Positions 50,151 through 61,825 of a DNA stretch of 64,000 bases are shown one piece after another; within the stretch, counting starts at the first letter, position 1; each line of letters begins with the position of its first letter. The notes below the pieces were generated by a model, which worked only from the letters and a program-made list of their open reading frames with translations, searched no databases and had not been told where the DNA came from. Both the position numbers and the translations under genes were made by a program. Source of the DNA: Pavona decussata (Eukaryota); assembly GCA_977016875.1 (NCBI GenBank), contig CDRNST010000090.1, positions 2,604,001-2,668,000 of the forward strand, written 5' to 3'.

Positions 50151-53100
50151 TAGGGAAAATACATCTACACACTGGAAGAAAGCACCAAATTTGGCACACA
50201 TACATCTTTTAGACATAACAAACAAATTTAAAAGGGGTGCCACGTAATTCAGTTATCGGGGGGGCGTGATACGTAATTTATTTTCCGACTCCCTTTGTTG
50301 GCATGAAAATGAGGCTGATATAAAGAGACTGTTTTAAAGATGCTTGTAACTGGGGAATTTCAGTTAAAAATAACGTTTAAGACATTATAAAGGTAGTTTG
50401 CCTAGTTAGCAAAATGCTAATTGCACTATAATGTGGTCACGTGACCACCTTACGGAGAAACGTTTGTTCCTTGTGCATAAGTTGACCGTGTAACCAAAAC
50501 ATTATTATTGATAAGCTCAATTGAAATCAATGATATTTGTCGCAAAAGATAGTGGGGGGGGGGAGAGGGTGAGAGTTATCCCAGTTGCCGAAACAATTAC
50601 AGTAGAACAAAGCAGGACGTTTGGCAACTACAGGCTCTTGTTCCTTTTCATTTTTTAAAATAAAATAAGATGTTTGGCTGCCCAAACGAGCCTAGAGAGA
50701 ACGTTTCAATAGCCCTTTTCACGGTTAACTCTGCTCATTTGAATTACAATGAAATCTAGCATGTATGTGAGGCAATTTCGGGCTATTTTGTAGTTTTAGC
50801 CCAAAATTGCCTCGCATCCACGTTGAATAACATTGTAATGCAAATGAGAAACATTAACCGTGAAAAGGGCTAGTACCACTTAAATTTTACAGGGGGTAGG
50901 GGTGGCTTTTTAGCCTGGTCATTATGTACGTGGCTTAATCTATATATAAACTGCTTACATATTTGAGACGTCGTCTTTGGTTGAACATTTTGCAATTATT
51001 AAGCACAGTGAGATCCATTTCTGCAAATGGAGCATCCACAAGGGTCGACTGGAATCGACAACGTTACTATATACATTAAATATCTGTACATGCCGGCTCT
51101 TCTGCCGCAATATCTAATACATGTTTCTAGTTCAAAGAGAAGAAAAAGAATGTTAGTTATTGCTGCATTCTGCAGAGCAATGACATAAACCTGTACATGG
51201 TAGATTGGCCTTAACGCACTTGCATCTGCCAGTACATCCCTGTTTGCAGCCACGTTTTAGGAGCTCAAGACAGGCTTTTGCTGCTTCAGGAAGTGTCATC
51301 CATGCGGGTTTCCAGGTGTTATCTACGCCACACCAACCCCATCCCTCGGGTGATAGAACCATTTACACCAACTGCAGGCTTGTGTACCAGATATTGCTTT
51401 GGTAAATCGCTCTTAACGCATGCTGCACCAGTGAGTCCTACAAGCATAGTAGTCACAGTCGTTAGCAAAAATAATAATAGTAATAAAAGTTAGATTAATA
51501 CGAGCAGTTAATAAAGGGAAAAGACTGCATTTTGTATTAGTTATCTGTTTTTAAAATGTTGGGTACTTCAACTAACCCGTGTAGGAGGGATGTTCTCCAG
51601 GGTCCTGTTCTTCTTTATGAACAACTCTTTGCGTGCTTCGTTAACAGTGAGCATTATAATAATTGCTGCTCTTGTCGTAGAGAACTACAGTAAATTGCTC
51701 TAGCAGCTTGAAGATGGAATCGTCTTTGTCTATTTGGTGATACGGGTGATCTTGCAGGTATAGAAACGCATCTGTAACATCAGGTAACGACTTCCACGCT
51801 TCCCAGGCAGACTTCTTACCCTTGCCAAAGAAACGGGAGTTGGTATCATATCCAGTAAAAGAATGGAAAATAGGAAGTGATCTGGATTTTTCTGGGCTGA
51901 GCGACGCGCAGATGGCATTGACATTGATATTCTGGAAATATTTCCCCATACCCAGTCCAATCCAAATGGATGCAGACGGATGCATGGCGATCAAATCAGG
52001 AAACACTCCAATCAGGATTACAACGACATCTGTATTAACTGTGCGGATGAACACTTGATTATACCCTTTGTTGAGTGCGTGCAGAACATGTACTGTGATT
52101 CTGGTGTCGGCTTCCTCATGGTCACATCTCTGCACATCTGAAGGACCTTGACTTGAAAGAACATCTTCTTCTGAGGTAATGTATACTTCCTTGTCTTCAG
52201 GAAACTGGAAATCTGCAACTCTATCTGTCAGCAGGGCAAATAATTCTTTCTTGTTGGTGTTGTCTTGAAGAAACGCTTTCCAGTTTGGAGGAATCTTGGT
52301 TTCACCGGTCACCTTTCTTCTCTGACCTTTACCTCTCTTCTCTCTGGTTGAATTCTTTATACTGTTCCCCTTGTACGTATCCCATACCATGTCAACCCGT
52401 TTACTTGTCTGGAGATGATTAATAATGAATGGGATGAAGATGTGTTCAGCATAACTGTTAAAGGTGGAAACAGTTGTCAGAGGAAGGGCATGAACAGTAG
52501 CTGCTCCATCGATCTTGCAATCAAACACTGGGGGAGGATCAGGTTGCTCTGCAGGCTTAATGCAAGTCAGGAGGTCAGACTTCTTCCCGAGTCTTAAGTT
52601 TCCAAACTCAGAGAGAGATGGCGGATAGGGTTGATTTTCGTGCATAAAAAATTCGTCAAGATCCCCACTTCGATGGTGTGTGGCTATGTACAGACGGCTG
52701 AACAGGTTGCAATCACTTTTCTGTGCACTTTCTTTCTGCTTTGATCTTGCTTTAGGCTTGGGTGTTTGACGCTTAAACAACGGTAGAGAATTCTTCTTGA
52801 TCAATTCATGAATCGAAACAGTTCCGTCGTCAATCACATTCTTCACAAAATTCTTGTATTGATTCTGACCCACACCCTCGATAGACACCAGTGCCTTAAC
52901 AACCTCTCCTGAAACACAGTCTCCAGTCGCGATATCAACAAGCTCTGCAATGTCTCCTTGAAAAGGATTTCCTAATGCTTTCATCGCATCTGCTAGTTTC
53001 AATACTTGTTGCTGGAATGACTTCTGTGCTGTGATCCCACTTTCATGGTGCTTCAGTGGCTTGCCATCTCTAGAGTCAGTCTCAGGGAGATACTCATCTT

Positions 53101-55140
53101 GGAACTCGCTTAACAAGCAAGCGAACTCCAGTCCAGAGACCATCCACCTTTGAAATGCCGTTGGATTTTCAGTTAAGCCCACGGCACCACCAGATCCCTT
53201 GACAATAGCGTTATTTTGTTCATGGGCTTGATCGATAGGTATACATGAAAATGACTTCTTTGTCTTGGAAACAACCCAGTACTTCTGAAAGTCTTCTTTG
53301 ACAGCTTGTGGCAAGGATTTCATGTCCCTGATATGTACCGGCCCCCATTGGCATAATTGGTATGATCCAAGGCAAAATAAGAATGAGGACTTCTAACCTG
53401 AGAACCATGTCCCAGAAACGAAAGATAGGACTCTGTTCTCTTGTGGATGTGTCTTCCATTGTTCAAATGCTTCTTCATCATGCACAGGACCAGAACTTTG
53501 AAGAAAAGCTTCTCTCTGAAGTTTGTAAAGAGCTAACACAGTTACTTGGTGAGCAAGCCTTGTTCTTGCTAAATGGGACACCTTTAAGAACGACTCTGCT
53601 ATACCAGAGGATGCAATTCCAGCTTCTGTCAATGATGCGCTCCATCCTGAATCTTCTAAGAGGTCACTACAAATACTCCACAGACTCATCTCGAGATGCA
53701 ATCCTCCAAACATAAAAACGTTCTTGTTTTCTCCATGAACTAAAGGCCAGTTCCATTGAACAAATTTCGCGATTGCAAACAATGGCTGATCGAATGCAGT
53801 TACAGGAATTTGCCCTGGATTTAGGTGTGCTGTTGCTTTTAGCTGCATGTTCATCCCATGTTTCACCATTGCTAAGGAAGGGGTTTTTTCATAAAACAAG
53901 GGCAAAAGTCCGGAGATAACTGGCGTAGAAGACTGCAACCTCTTTTAGGATCCATGGTAGCTAGACCAAGTGATGACCTCAGTGTATCCAACTTCTTTGT
54001 CCAAATTTCCAGTTGCATGCTGAGCCCAACATTCTTCCTGTGATAATGCATCCTCCAAGCAGCCGTGAAAAGCTTCTATGTACGTTGTTTCAGATACAGC
54101 AAGCTCCGATGTTTTAACGCCAACTGCTGGGACGGTTGTATAGCTCTCTGGTAGCTTTATGTTCCTCTCGAGTTTTCCTGGGGGAAGTGTAATCGGGGGT
54201 CTAGACTGAGAACCAGATACTGAACTGTCTGGGAACTGAAACAGACTTATTCCTGTACCATGAAACGATCCCTGGGCGGTTGTAGATGAAGGGTTATAAT
54301 CTATGTTGTCAAGGGCTCCAACAGTAAAAACAAACCAAAGTTCATATTAAGGGGGCAAACCACTCCATCTTGCTGAAAGCGATTGCACGCGGCAGTGGCT
54401 AAGCCATTCATCAAATCATCGACTCTGTCATATGAGACACTTATCCCCAGATGATAAAGCTAATTAATGGTCTTCTTACTCCTGGTATATGCGTGAATAC
54501 TCAGTCCAATGTAAAGAGGCAACAGGGGTTCCCTTTCTAGCGAATACCGGCTACTTGAAGATGAAGAAGATTTCTTCTTTGAGTTGAAAACAATAAGTTG
54601 CGATATCGTGAGTGTTGTTGCGACTCCGTGTTGCTTTGATGAGCAATATTTGAACCATTTAATATAATCAATATCAATACCTTGAGACGAGGTTACCGAG
54701 GCGTTTTGACAATTACTTGGAAAAGTGCCATTAAATTGGAATCCATCATGATTAAACATTTTACATCTCATGATCCTTGCTGCTTTAGCCAAAGTTAAAG
54801 CGTCGGATTCGTAATCTAGTTTGAACATCTCTTCCTTTAAAATAGACTCCATTCCTTTATTGAAAACGAGAAGAACGTTCTTTCCATCAAATTGTTCCTG
54901 TAACTTTCCAGAGAACTGACTTAAAATGCGTAATTTAAGTCGGGTTGTGTTAACTTCTTTCCAAGGCCAAAATCTTGTAGGCGTTCACCGTTCAGTTGAA
55001 GTTTGGACAACGTAAACATGTACTTTCCATCTTCAACTCAGCTTTCCATGAACGAAATTAGCTCAACGAAAGCTCTGGCCTCATTTGTTTTATCTTGTTC
55101 GGTTAGCTTGAAATGAAGGCTTTGGCGAAGAAATGCTCTG
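50151..55140 (-). mobile_element. Academ DNA transposon (transposase + XPG/PIN-like nuclease + Cys8/CXC), 3' portion
   Basis: GALDNIDYN.SSTTA..SFHGTGIS, AFDQPLFAIAK..QW, FGGLHLEM, IDQAHEQNN..VKG.GGAVGLTEN, HEEADTR..DVVV..G.DT.S.F.GKGK, IPPTR|DSL.QH..RA.YQ (intron 51438-51577) and terminal C-rich finger 51153-51260. Probable terminus TAGGGAAAATAC at 50151. Frameshifted; cut by the BEL element at 55141. Confidence 0.85.
50711..50871. mobile_element. Palindromic MITE within the Academ terminal region
   Basis: TIR AGCCCTTTTCACGGTTAA / TTAACCGTGAAAAGGGCT with near end-to-end foldback. Flanks AAT and AGT. Confidence 0.85.
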
Positions 55141-55631
55141 TGTTGCGCCTAGAATTTAATTTATTCTTAAAGAGTTTGCACAGAATTATTTCAGTTTGTT
55201 ACATAAAAATTTACATACCGGGTCGGTATATAAGCTAACGTTTTCCAGCTAGGTTATTTTCTTTCCATCTCAAGTTTGTATTGCGTCGTGTTCTGCGAGC
55301 GGGCATATTTCTCAGCTGGGAAGCGTTCTTCGCATTTCATTTTTATTTTCAAGTTTTTTTATGGCCACAGTTTTGTAAGTATTTCTCTTAGTTGTTTGTT
55401 TGTATATTTTGGTTTGTTTATTTCACGTAGTTCTTGTTGCTTTTTTCAGTTTGTAATTTATAATTCCCGTTTTATTTTATTTCAGTCGAATCACTCACTA
55501 GCATACTTGTTTTGGGTTATACGTTATCTCCGTATTTCGCCTCTTTCTTCTTCATTAAAACGTTGGAAGTGCACTTAAGCTGTGGCATTTTATTTTTGTG
55601 TTCGTGGCGGCGGCGGCTTCAGCTGCCCACA
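55141..55631 (+). repeat. 5' LTR of the BEL element (3' boundary approximate)
   Basis: TGT...ACA ends, ATTAAA at ~55554, and match to 61202-61599 over ~395 bp. Confidence 0.8.
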
Positions 55632-55822
55632 TTTATTCGAAAAACTGTGTGGAAGTTTATGTCAGCGACCGTGTTTGTTTTGGCCACATGTTCTCACAGG
55701 ACCGTAGAGTCGACGACCGCTCAGGGAGTGGAACTCCTCGCTTAGAGTTGAAACAAAATTTGAAAACTTCAAGGAAAGGATATAAGGGTCACATAACAAA
55801 GATTTGAAGTGAGATTGAAGCG

Positions 55823-57490
55823 TTGATGGTTTTGCAAGAGTATGAATGTGTTTGTGGCAAGTTAGCTAACCTGGAACCAGCATTCACGAACTTTCGGCGT
55901 GCTCATGAAGCTTACGTGCAGTGGCTTGATGATCCGGAAGAAATTTTTGAAGCAACGGGGTTCGAAGATCTAAGCGACGAGAATTGCCGGTTTGTTCAGT
56001 GCGTTCAGAAGTGGCTTGATGGCTCTCAGAAGTTGCCTTCAGTGGATGTGAATGATTCAGCCAGCCAGTATGGCTCCTCTTCGGTGTTCAGAAAATCGCC
56101 GAGTTCGGTTTCCGAAGCAATTTCGCGTTTAACGGTGAAGGTCAAAGAGGCCAAGGTTGAAGAGACTCTCGCTGAGTTAAAAATGCAGCAACTCAAGAAG
56201 AAATTCGCTTTGCAGCAAAGACGTGTGGTAGTACAGCGCGAGGAGGAGTTATTGGAGGTCGAAAATAAAATCGAACAAGCGCATCTTAGAGTGGAAATTT
56301 TAGAGGAAGGAGAAGGTTACAAGGATCATTTTGCGTATTCCTTCAATCCACCCCCGGCATCCGATGTTCCACGTGCCAAGGGCGACGACCCGCGGACTGC
56401 TACTTTTCCGGACACTGGTTTTGAGGCGAAGTCTGCACTTACACACGCGCCTTTGCCATCGAGAGTCGAGACGAACATGTTACACGCGCGTTCCAATTTA
56501 GATCCTGCTTCTCAATGGAAGCGCGAACCCGCTTACGGTGAGCCTAATGCTAGCCTTGACCGTGGAAACCCTTATTACCGTGAAAACCTTGAACAATTAT
56601 TGCATCAGCAGCAACAAATGATTGGACTTCAACAGAAGACCTTCCAGTCAATGGCATCCACGATTAAGCAAGGATTCTCCTTACCAAAACCTGACATTAG
56701 CAAGTTTGATGGAAATCCACTCGATTACTGGAATTTTGTTCGCTCGTTTGAGAACAGCATCGCAAGAAACGCATCAGATGATAGCGAGCGCCTCTCGTAT
56801 TTGTTGCAGTTCTGCACAGGGACTGCAAAGGACGCCGTTGGCAGCTGTTCGGCTTTGGACCCTGCTGTTGGATATCAGACAGCTAGAGTGTTGCTTGAGG
56901 AACGTTTTGGACATCCATACAAGATTGCTACTGCGCACCTCAATAGGGTAGTTTGCGGTCCTCCGTTAAGGCCGTACGACCAGCGTGGTTTACTAACATT
57001 TGCGGATCAATTAAGAGACTGTCAAAACGTGTTGGAATCCATTGGATACCTGAACGAGATCAATTGCGCTGACAACCTGAGGAGCGTCGTGGAAAGACTT
57101 CCGTTTCACCTTAGAATCAAGTGGCTAGAGGTTGCTGATTGTTTGCAAGAGTCGGGGTTGAGACCTAGAATTCACCACATTTCCGAGTTTGTGTCCAAGA
57201 GAGCCCGAGCAACGTGAAGAGTAGCGCATTAAATGATAACAGCCGTTCTGCTGTGAACCAAGGTATTGGTGTTGGGTCCGGGAAGTGCGTTGTATGTGCA
57301 GGCCTACATCAGTTATGGAACTGTAAGGAGTTCAAAAGAAAATCATATGCCGATCGCACAAACACTTTGTGAGAACACAGATTGTGTGACAATTGCTTCA
57401 AGATGGGACACATAGCCAGGGGATGCCTGCAAAAGAGTGCCTTTTATGTGGAAGGTTGTAACAGGAAGCATATGACAGTGATCCACCCCC
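55823..57490 (+). pseudogene. BEL gag (DUF1759-like capsid plus three zinc knuckles)
   Basis: LPKPDISKFDGNPLDY..F..SF, LLEERFGHP, then CVVC...H...C, CDNCF..GH...C and EGC.RKH...H. Stops near 57217 and 57370. Confidence 0.88.
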
Positions 57491-57899
57491 CTACGGAGCT
57501 GTCTGCGAACCGCAACATTTACGTCAATCGCTTTCGTGAAGGATTTCTTCGTCCGCGCTTAGTTCAAGACCGTGTTAGCCAGAGTCACAATGACAATCGG
57601 TGCAACTTCCGGTGGTGACGGTGTCACTCGGCGTCACGCCATTAGAGCTGGTACAACTTCCGGACCATACCGCGATTTCCTGAGTCACGCAACTGGGGCT
57701 GATATAACTTCCGGTGGAGATCGTGTCACGCAGAGTCACACTATTGGCGTTGGTTCAGCTTCCGGTGCACATCACGATATCCAAGGTCAAGCAAGTTCTG
57801 GTGGAGGTCATGTTGCTCAGAGTTTTGCGATTGGGGCCGGTGCAAGAAATCAAAGAAACCAAAACAACCGTTGCCAGTCAACTGAGAAGAGAATATGCC

Positions 57900-60800
57900 T
57901 CAGAGTTGTTCCGGTCAAAGTACGTGACAGTTTGTTTGGTCGTATGCTAGAAACATACACTCTCATGGATAATGGATCAGATGTTTCTCTCTGTGACTCT
58001 GAGCTGGTGAAGGAGTTAGTCCTTCAGGGTGAACGGCGAGATTTCTTCCTGACCACACAAGAGACGAAGGACAGTGCTAAGTCCGGCTTATAGCTGAAGC
58101 TTACCGTTAGTTCCTTGGATGGTGGTTCAACATTGGAAATACAGAGAGTGTGGTCCGTTGATTGCTTAAATATCTCAAGTCGAAGTATTCCAGTGCCTGA
58201 AGATGTGAAAGGATGGCCTCATCTGAACGACATTGAGCTTCTAGAGATCCAAGGCAAAGATGTTAGGCTGCTCATTGGATGCAATGCTCCAGAGGCTTTT
58301 TGGGTGTTGGAAGAGAGACGTGGTGCAAGAGGAGAACCTGTAGCTGTACGATCATTACTTGGTTGGACTTTGATGGGACCTGTTGAGAGGTTTGGTGGAG
58401 ATTCCAATTTCAATGTGAACTTTGTACGTCTGGAGAGCGGTAGAGGTGATCATGATGAGGCTTTATTGCAGCAAGTAGAAAAGTTTTGGAGGACAGATTT
58501 CGTTGATGCGTTATGCAGTTCAAAAGTGGCTATGTCCTTAGAAGATCAGAAGGCACTAAAAACGATGGAGGATTCAGTTAAGATCGGCTCTGGCCATTAC
58601 CAAGTAGCTCTTCCTTGGAGAAATCAGCCACCTTATCTTCCAAACAATCGATTGGCGGCCGAGCAGAGGTTGCAGTTGTTGAGGAAACGGTTTCTGCGCA
58701 ATGAAGAACGATTACATCACGAAGGGGTACGCCCATCGGGTGCCTCATGAGGAACTCCACTCCACTGGCAAGCCTCTATGGTATCTTCTGCATCATGCAG
58801 TTTTCCACCCACACAAACCAGATAAGCTGAGAGTGGTGTTCGACTGTGCGGCAAAGTTTCGAGGAACGTCGTTGAATGATCAGCTGTTACATGGTCCTGA
58901 TTTGACCAACAACCTGTTTAGTGTCCTCAACAGATTTCGTCAAGAATCGATTGCCCTTGTTTCAGATATCGAGGCCTTGACCCAAGGGATCACGATGCTC
59001 TTCGTTTTCTGTGGTGGCCTGGTGACGATGTGAGACAGCAACCAGTCGAGTATAGAATGGAGGTTCATCTCTTTGGTAGTACCTCTTCGCCTAACGTCGC
59101 GAGTTTTGCCTTAAGGAGGACTGACTAGGACAACGATGACGATTTTGGACATGAAGTGATCGATACTGTGCTCAAGAATTTTTACGTTGATGATTGTCTT
59201 AAGTCGGTCTCTTTAAGGGCTGTTGCTGTGCGCTTAAGGGTTGAGCTTTGTGGTTTGTTGTCCAGAGGTGGTTTTCGATTAACCAAGTGGCTGAGTAATG
59301 ATAAAGATGTGCTGGAGACTATTCCGAAGTACGAAAGAGCTCCGTCAGTGTTGGATTTGGATTTGTTTAACAGCTATCTTCCCCTCGAGAGAACACTTGG
59401 AGTTCAATGGAATGTGGACACTGACACATTCACTTTCAAGGTTGTACCAAAGGACAAACCTTTCACTCAAAGAGGGATTTTATCCGTAACAAGCTCGGTT
59501 TATGATCCTCTTGGGCTGGTGTCACCTGTTGTCGTGTCTGCCAAGAAGCTTTTGAAAGACCTTTGTCAAAAGAAATTAGGATGGGATGATGTAATTGCAT
59601 CAGAGGAAGCTATGCGCTGGAAGACATGGCTCGCAAACCTAAGCTTTCTCAAGTCGTCGTGTTGCGGCATATTAAACCAGGAAACTTTGGAGAGATATTG
59701 TCTTCTCAGCTTCACTACTTTGCCGATGCATCCCAAGTGGCCTTTGGGGCAGTTGCATATGTAAGATTTGAAAATGCGGACGGCCTGGTTCATTGCAACT
59801 TTCTTGTGGCAAAATCTCGTCTAGCCCATGTAAAACCGATGACCATACCGAGGCTGGAGCTGTCGGCAGCTGTCCTCGTAGTCAAGATTGACCGAGTACT
59901 TCGTGAAGAGTTGGAGTTTGTGATCGACAAGTCAATTTCTGGTCAGATTCTACTGCTGTGCTGCAATATATTAGGACTGTGGACAAGAGGTTTCATACCT
60001 TCATCGCCAATAGACTTGCAGTCATACATGATGGTTCTCAGCCTGTCCAGTGGAGGTATGTGCCGACTTCCGATAACCCAGCAGATTTAATTAGCAGGGG
60101 AGCAACTGCAGATGAGATGATTCATAACACTCAGTGGTTTAGCGGTCCAGAATTCCTGTGGAAAGATGAACGTTTCTGGCCTAATTTCCCAGAACCCTTA
60201 CACGAGACTTAAGATGAGGATCCGGAAATCAAGAAGGAAATTCAAGTTCATCTTTTGGCCTCTCCAGAAACAACATTGAATTCGATGATCCAACGTTATT
60301 CTTCCTGATACAAGTTGAAGAGGGGTGTCGCTTGGCTCATCCGCTTCAAAGAGTTTATAAAGAACAAGCTTTATTCATCTAGGGGACTTAGTAATCCCTC
60401 GGACGCCCGTCTGCTACCCAAGGAACTTTCTTTGGAAGACATAAGGACCGCAGAAGTTGAGCTAATCAAATACGTACAGAGAGTGTCATTTCCTCAAGTT
60501 TTAGACGCTCAAAAGAGGTCAAGTTCTTTGGTTCGGCAGAAGCATGTACTGAGATGTTCAGGCTCGAGTGGCTCAACTTACAAGTTGAGGCCCTGGCTGG
60601 ATCAGAGGGGATTTCTTAGAGACGGAGGCAGACTTGAATATGCTCCAATAAATTTCCAAGCAAAGCATCAGATTTTGTTACCAAGTAACCATAACTTGTC
60701 CAGCCTTATCATCATGGAACATCAGGAGCTTGTTGGGCATTTTGGCCAGGAATACGTGTGGGCGAGCTTACGTCAAAAGATTCTGGATTGTTGAGGGACG

Positions 60801-61015
60801 TGCTACTGTTCGAAAAGTGATTGGGAGATGCCTTACTTGTCAAAGACAGAATGCTGTTCGTGGACAACAACTGATGGCGAGTTTACCCGAAGATCGGCTG
60901 ACCCCTGATTAGCCACCATTTGCTTCCGTTGGTATTGATTTCTTTGGGCCATTGTACGTCAAACAGCGTAGGAGTATTGTAAAGCACTATGGATGCCTTT
61001 TTTCATGCTTAACTT
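57900..61015 (+). pseudogene. BEL pol (protease, RT, RNase H, partial integrase)
   Basis: Motifs as listed for the element, spread over many frameshifted ORFs. Ends at [11 protein letters not shown] and then jumps to the integrase C-terminus. Confidence 0.9.
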
Positions 61016-61201
61016 GAGCAGGACCCTAAATGAGAACTGTCATTAAAGGAGGACTTTTCAAGGAAAAGCCGATCACTTTTGTGAACTTGAACTTACAAAT
61101 TTCCTTGAGACAGAACATTTATGCGTTATTCATTTTTCGTTACTTTTCTAGACGCTTAAAATGTTTAAGTGAACTTAACGCTTTAAGTTCAGGGGCCGGA
61201 A

Positions 61202-61599
61202 TGTTGCGCCTTTAGAATTTAATTTATCCCTAAGGAGTTTGCACGGAATTATTTCAGTGTGTTACATAAAAATTTAGATACTGCGTTGATATGTAAGCTT
61301 ATGTTTTCCAGCTAGGTTATTTTCTTTCCATCTCAAGTTTGTATTGCGCTGTGTTCTGCGAGCAGGCATAGTTCTCAGCTGGGAAGTGTTCTTCGCATTT
61401 CATTTTTATTTTCAAGTTTTTTTTATGGCCACAGTTTTGTAAGTATTTCTCTTAGTTGTTTGTTTGTATATTTCAGTTTGTTTATTTCGCGTAGTTCTTG
61501 TTGCTTTTTTCAGTTTGTAATTTATAATTCCCGTTTTATTTTATTACAGTCGAATCACTCACTAGCATACTTGTTTTGGGTTATACGTTATCTCCGTAT
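61202..61599 (+). repeat. Truncated 3' LTR of the BEL element
   Basis: Homologous to 55141-~55535, with an abrupt end at 61599. Confidence 0.9.
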
Positions 61600-61825
61600 A
61601 TCTCCGTTATCTCCAAAGAACAATGTATTACTGGTCATTAAAAAAACTTGAAAATGAGCATGAAATAAGACACAAATAAACAAGTGCGAAAAGGACAATT
61701 ATTAAGTGTACTCTTATTTGATCTAGCTTGAGAATGTCTCCGACGTCTTATTAGATTAGATTTGCAAAATAAGTAGCAAAAAGACACGCACCTTAACCGT
61801 ATTTAGAATTGCCATGTGTCTTAAG

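Larger units (their letters stand above)
55141..61599 (+). mobile_element. BEL/Pao LTR retrotransposon, decayed; integrase core deleted and 3' LTR truncated
   Basis: Direct LTRs starting TGTTGCGCC at 55141 and 61202. PPT AGGGGCCGGAA at 61191-61201. Gag, protease (LMDNGS), RT (LRVVFDCAA, FYVDD), RNase H (FADAS, TIPRLEL, NPAD) and integrase Zn finger. Confidence 0.95.
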
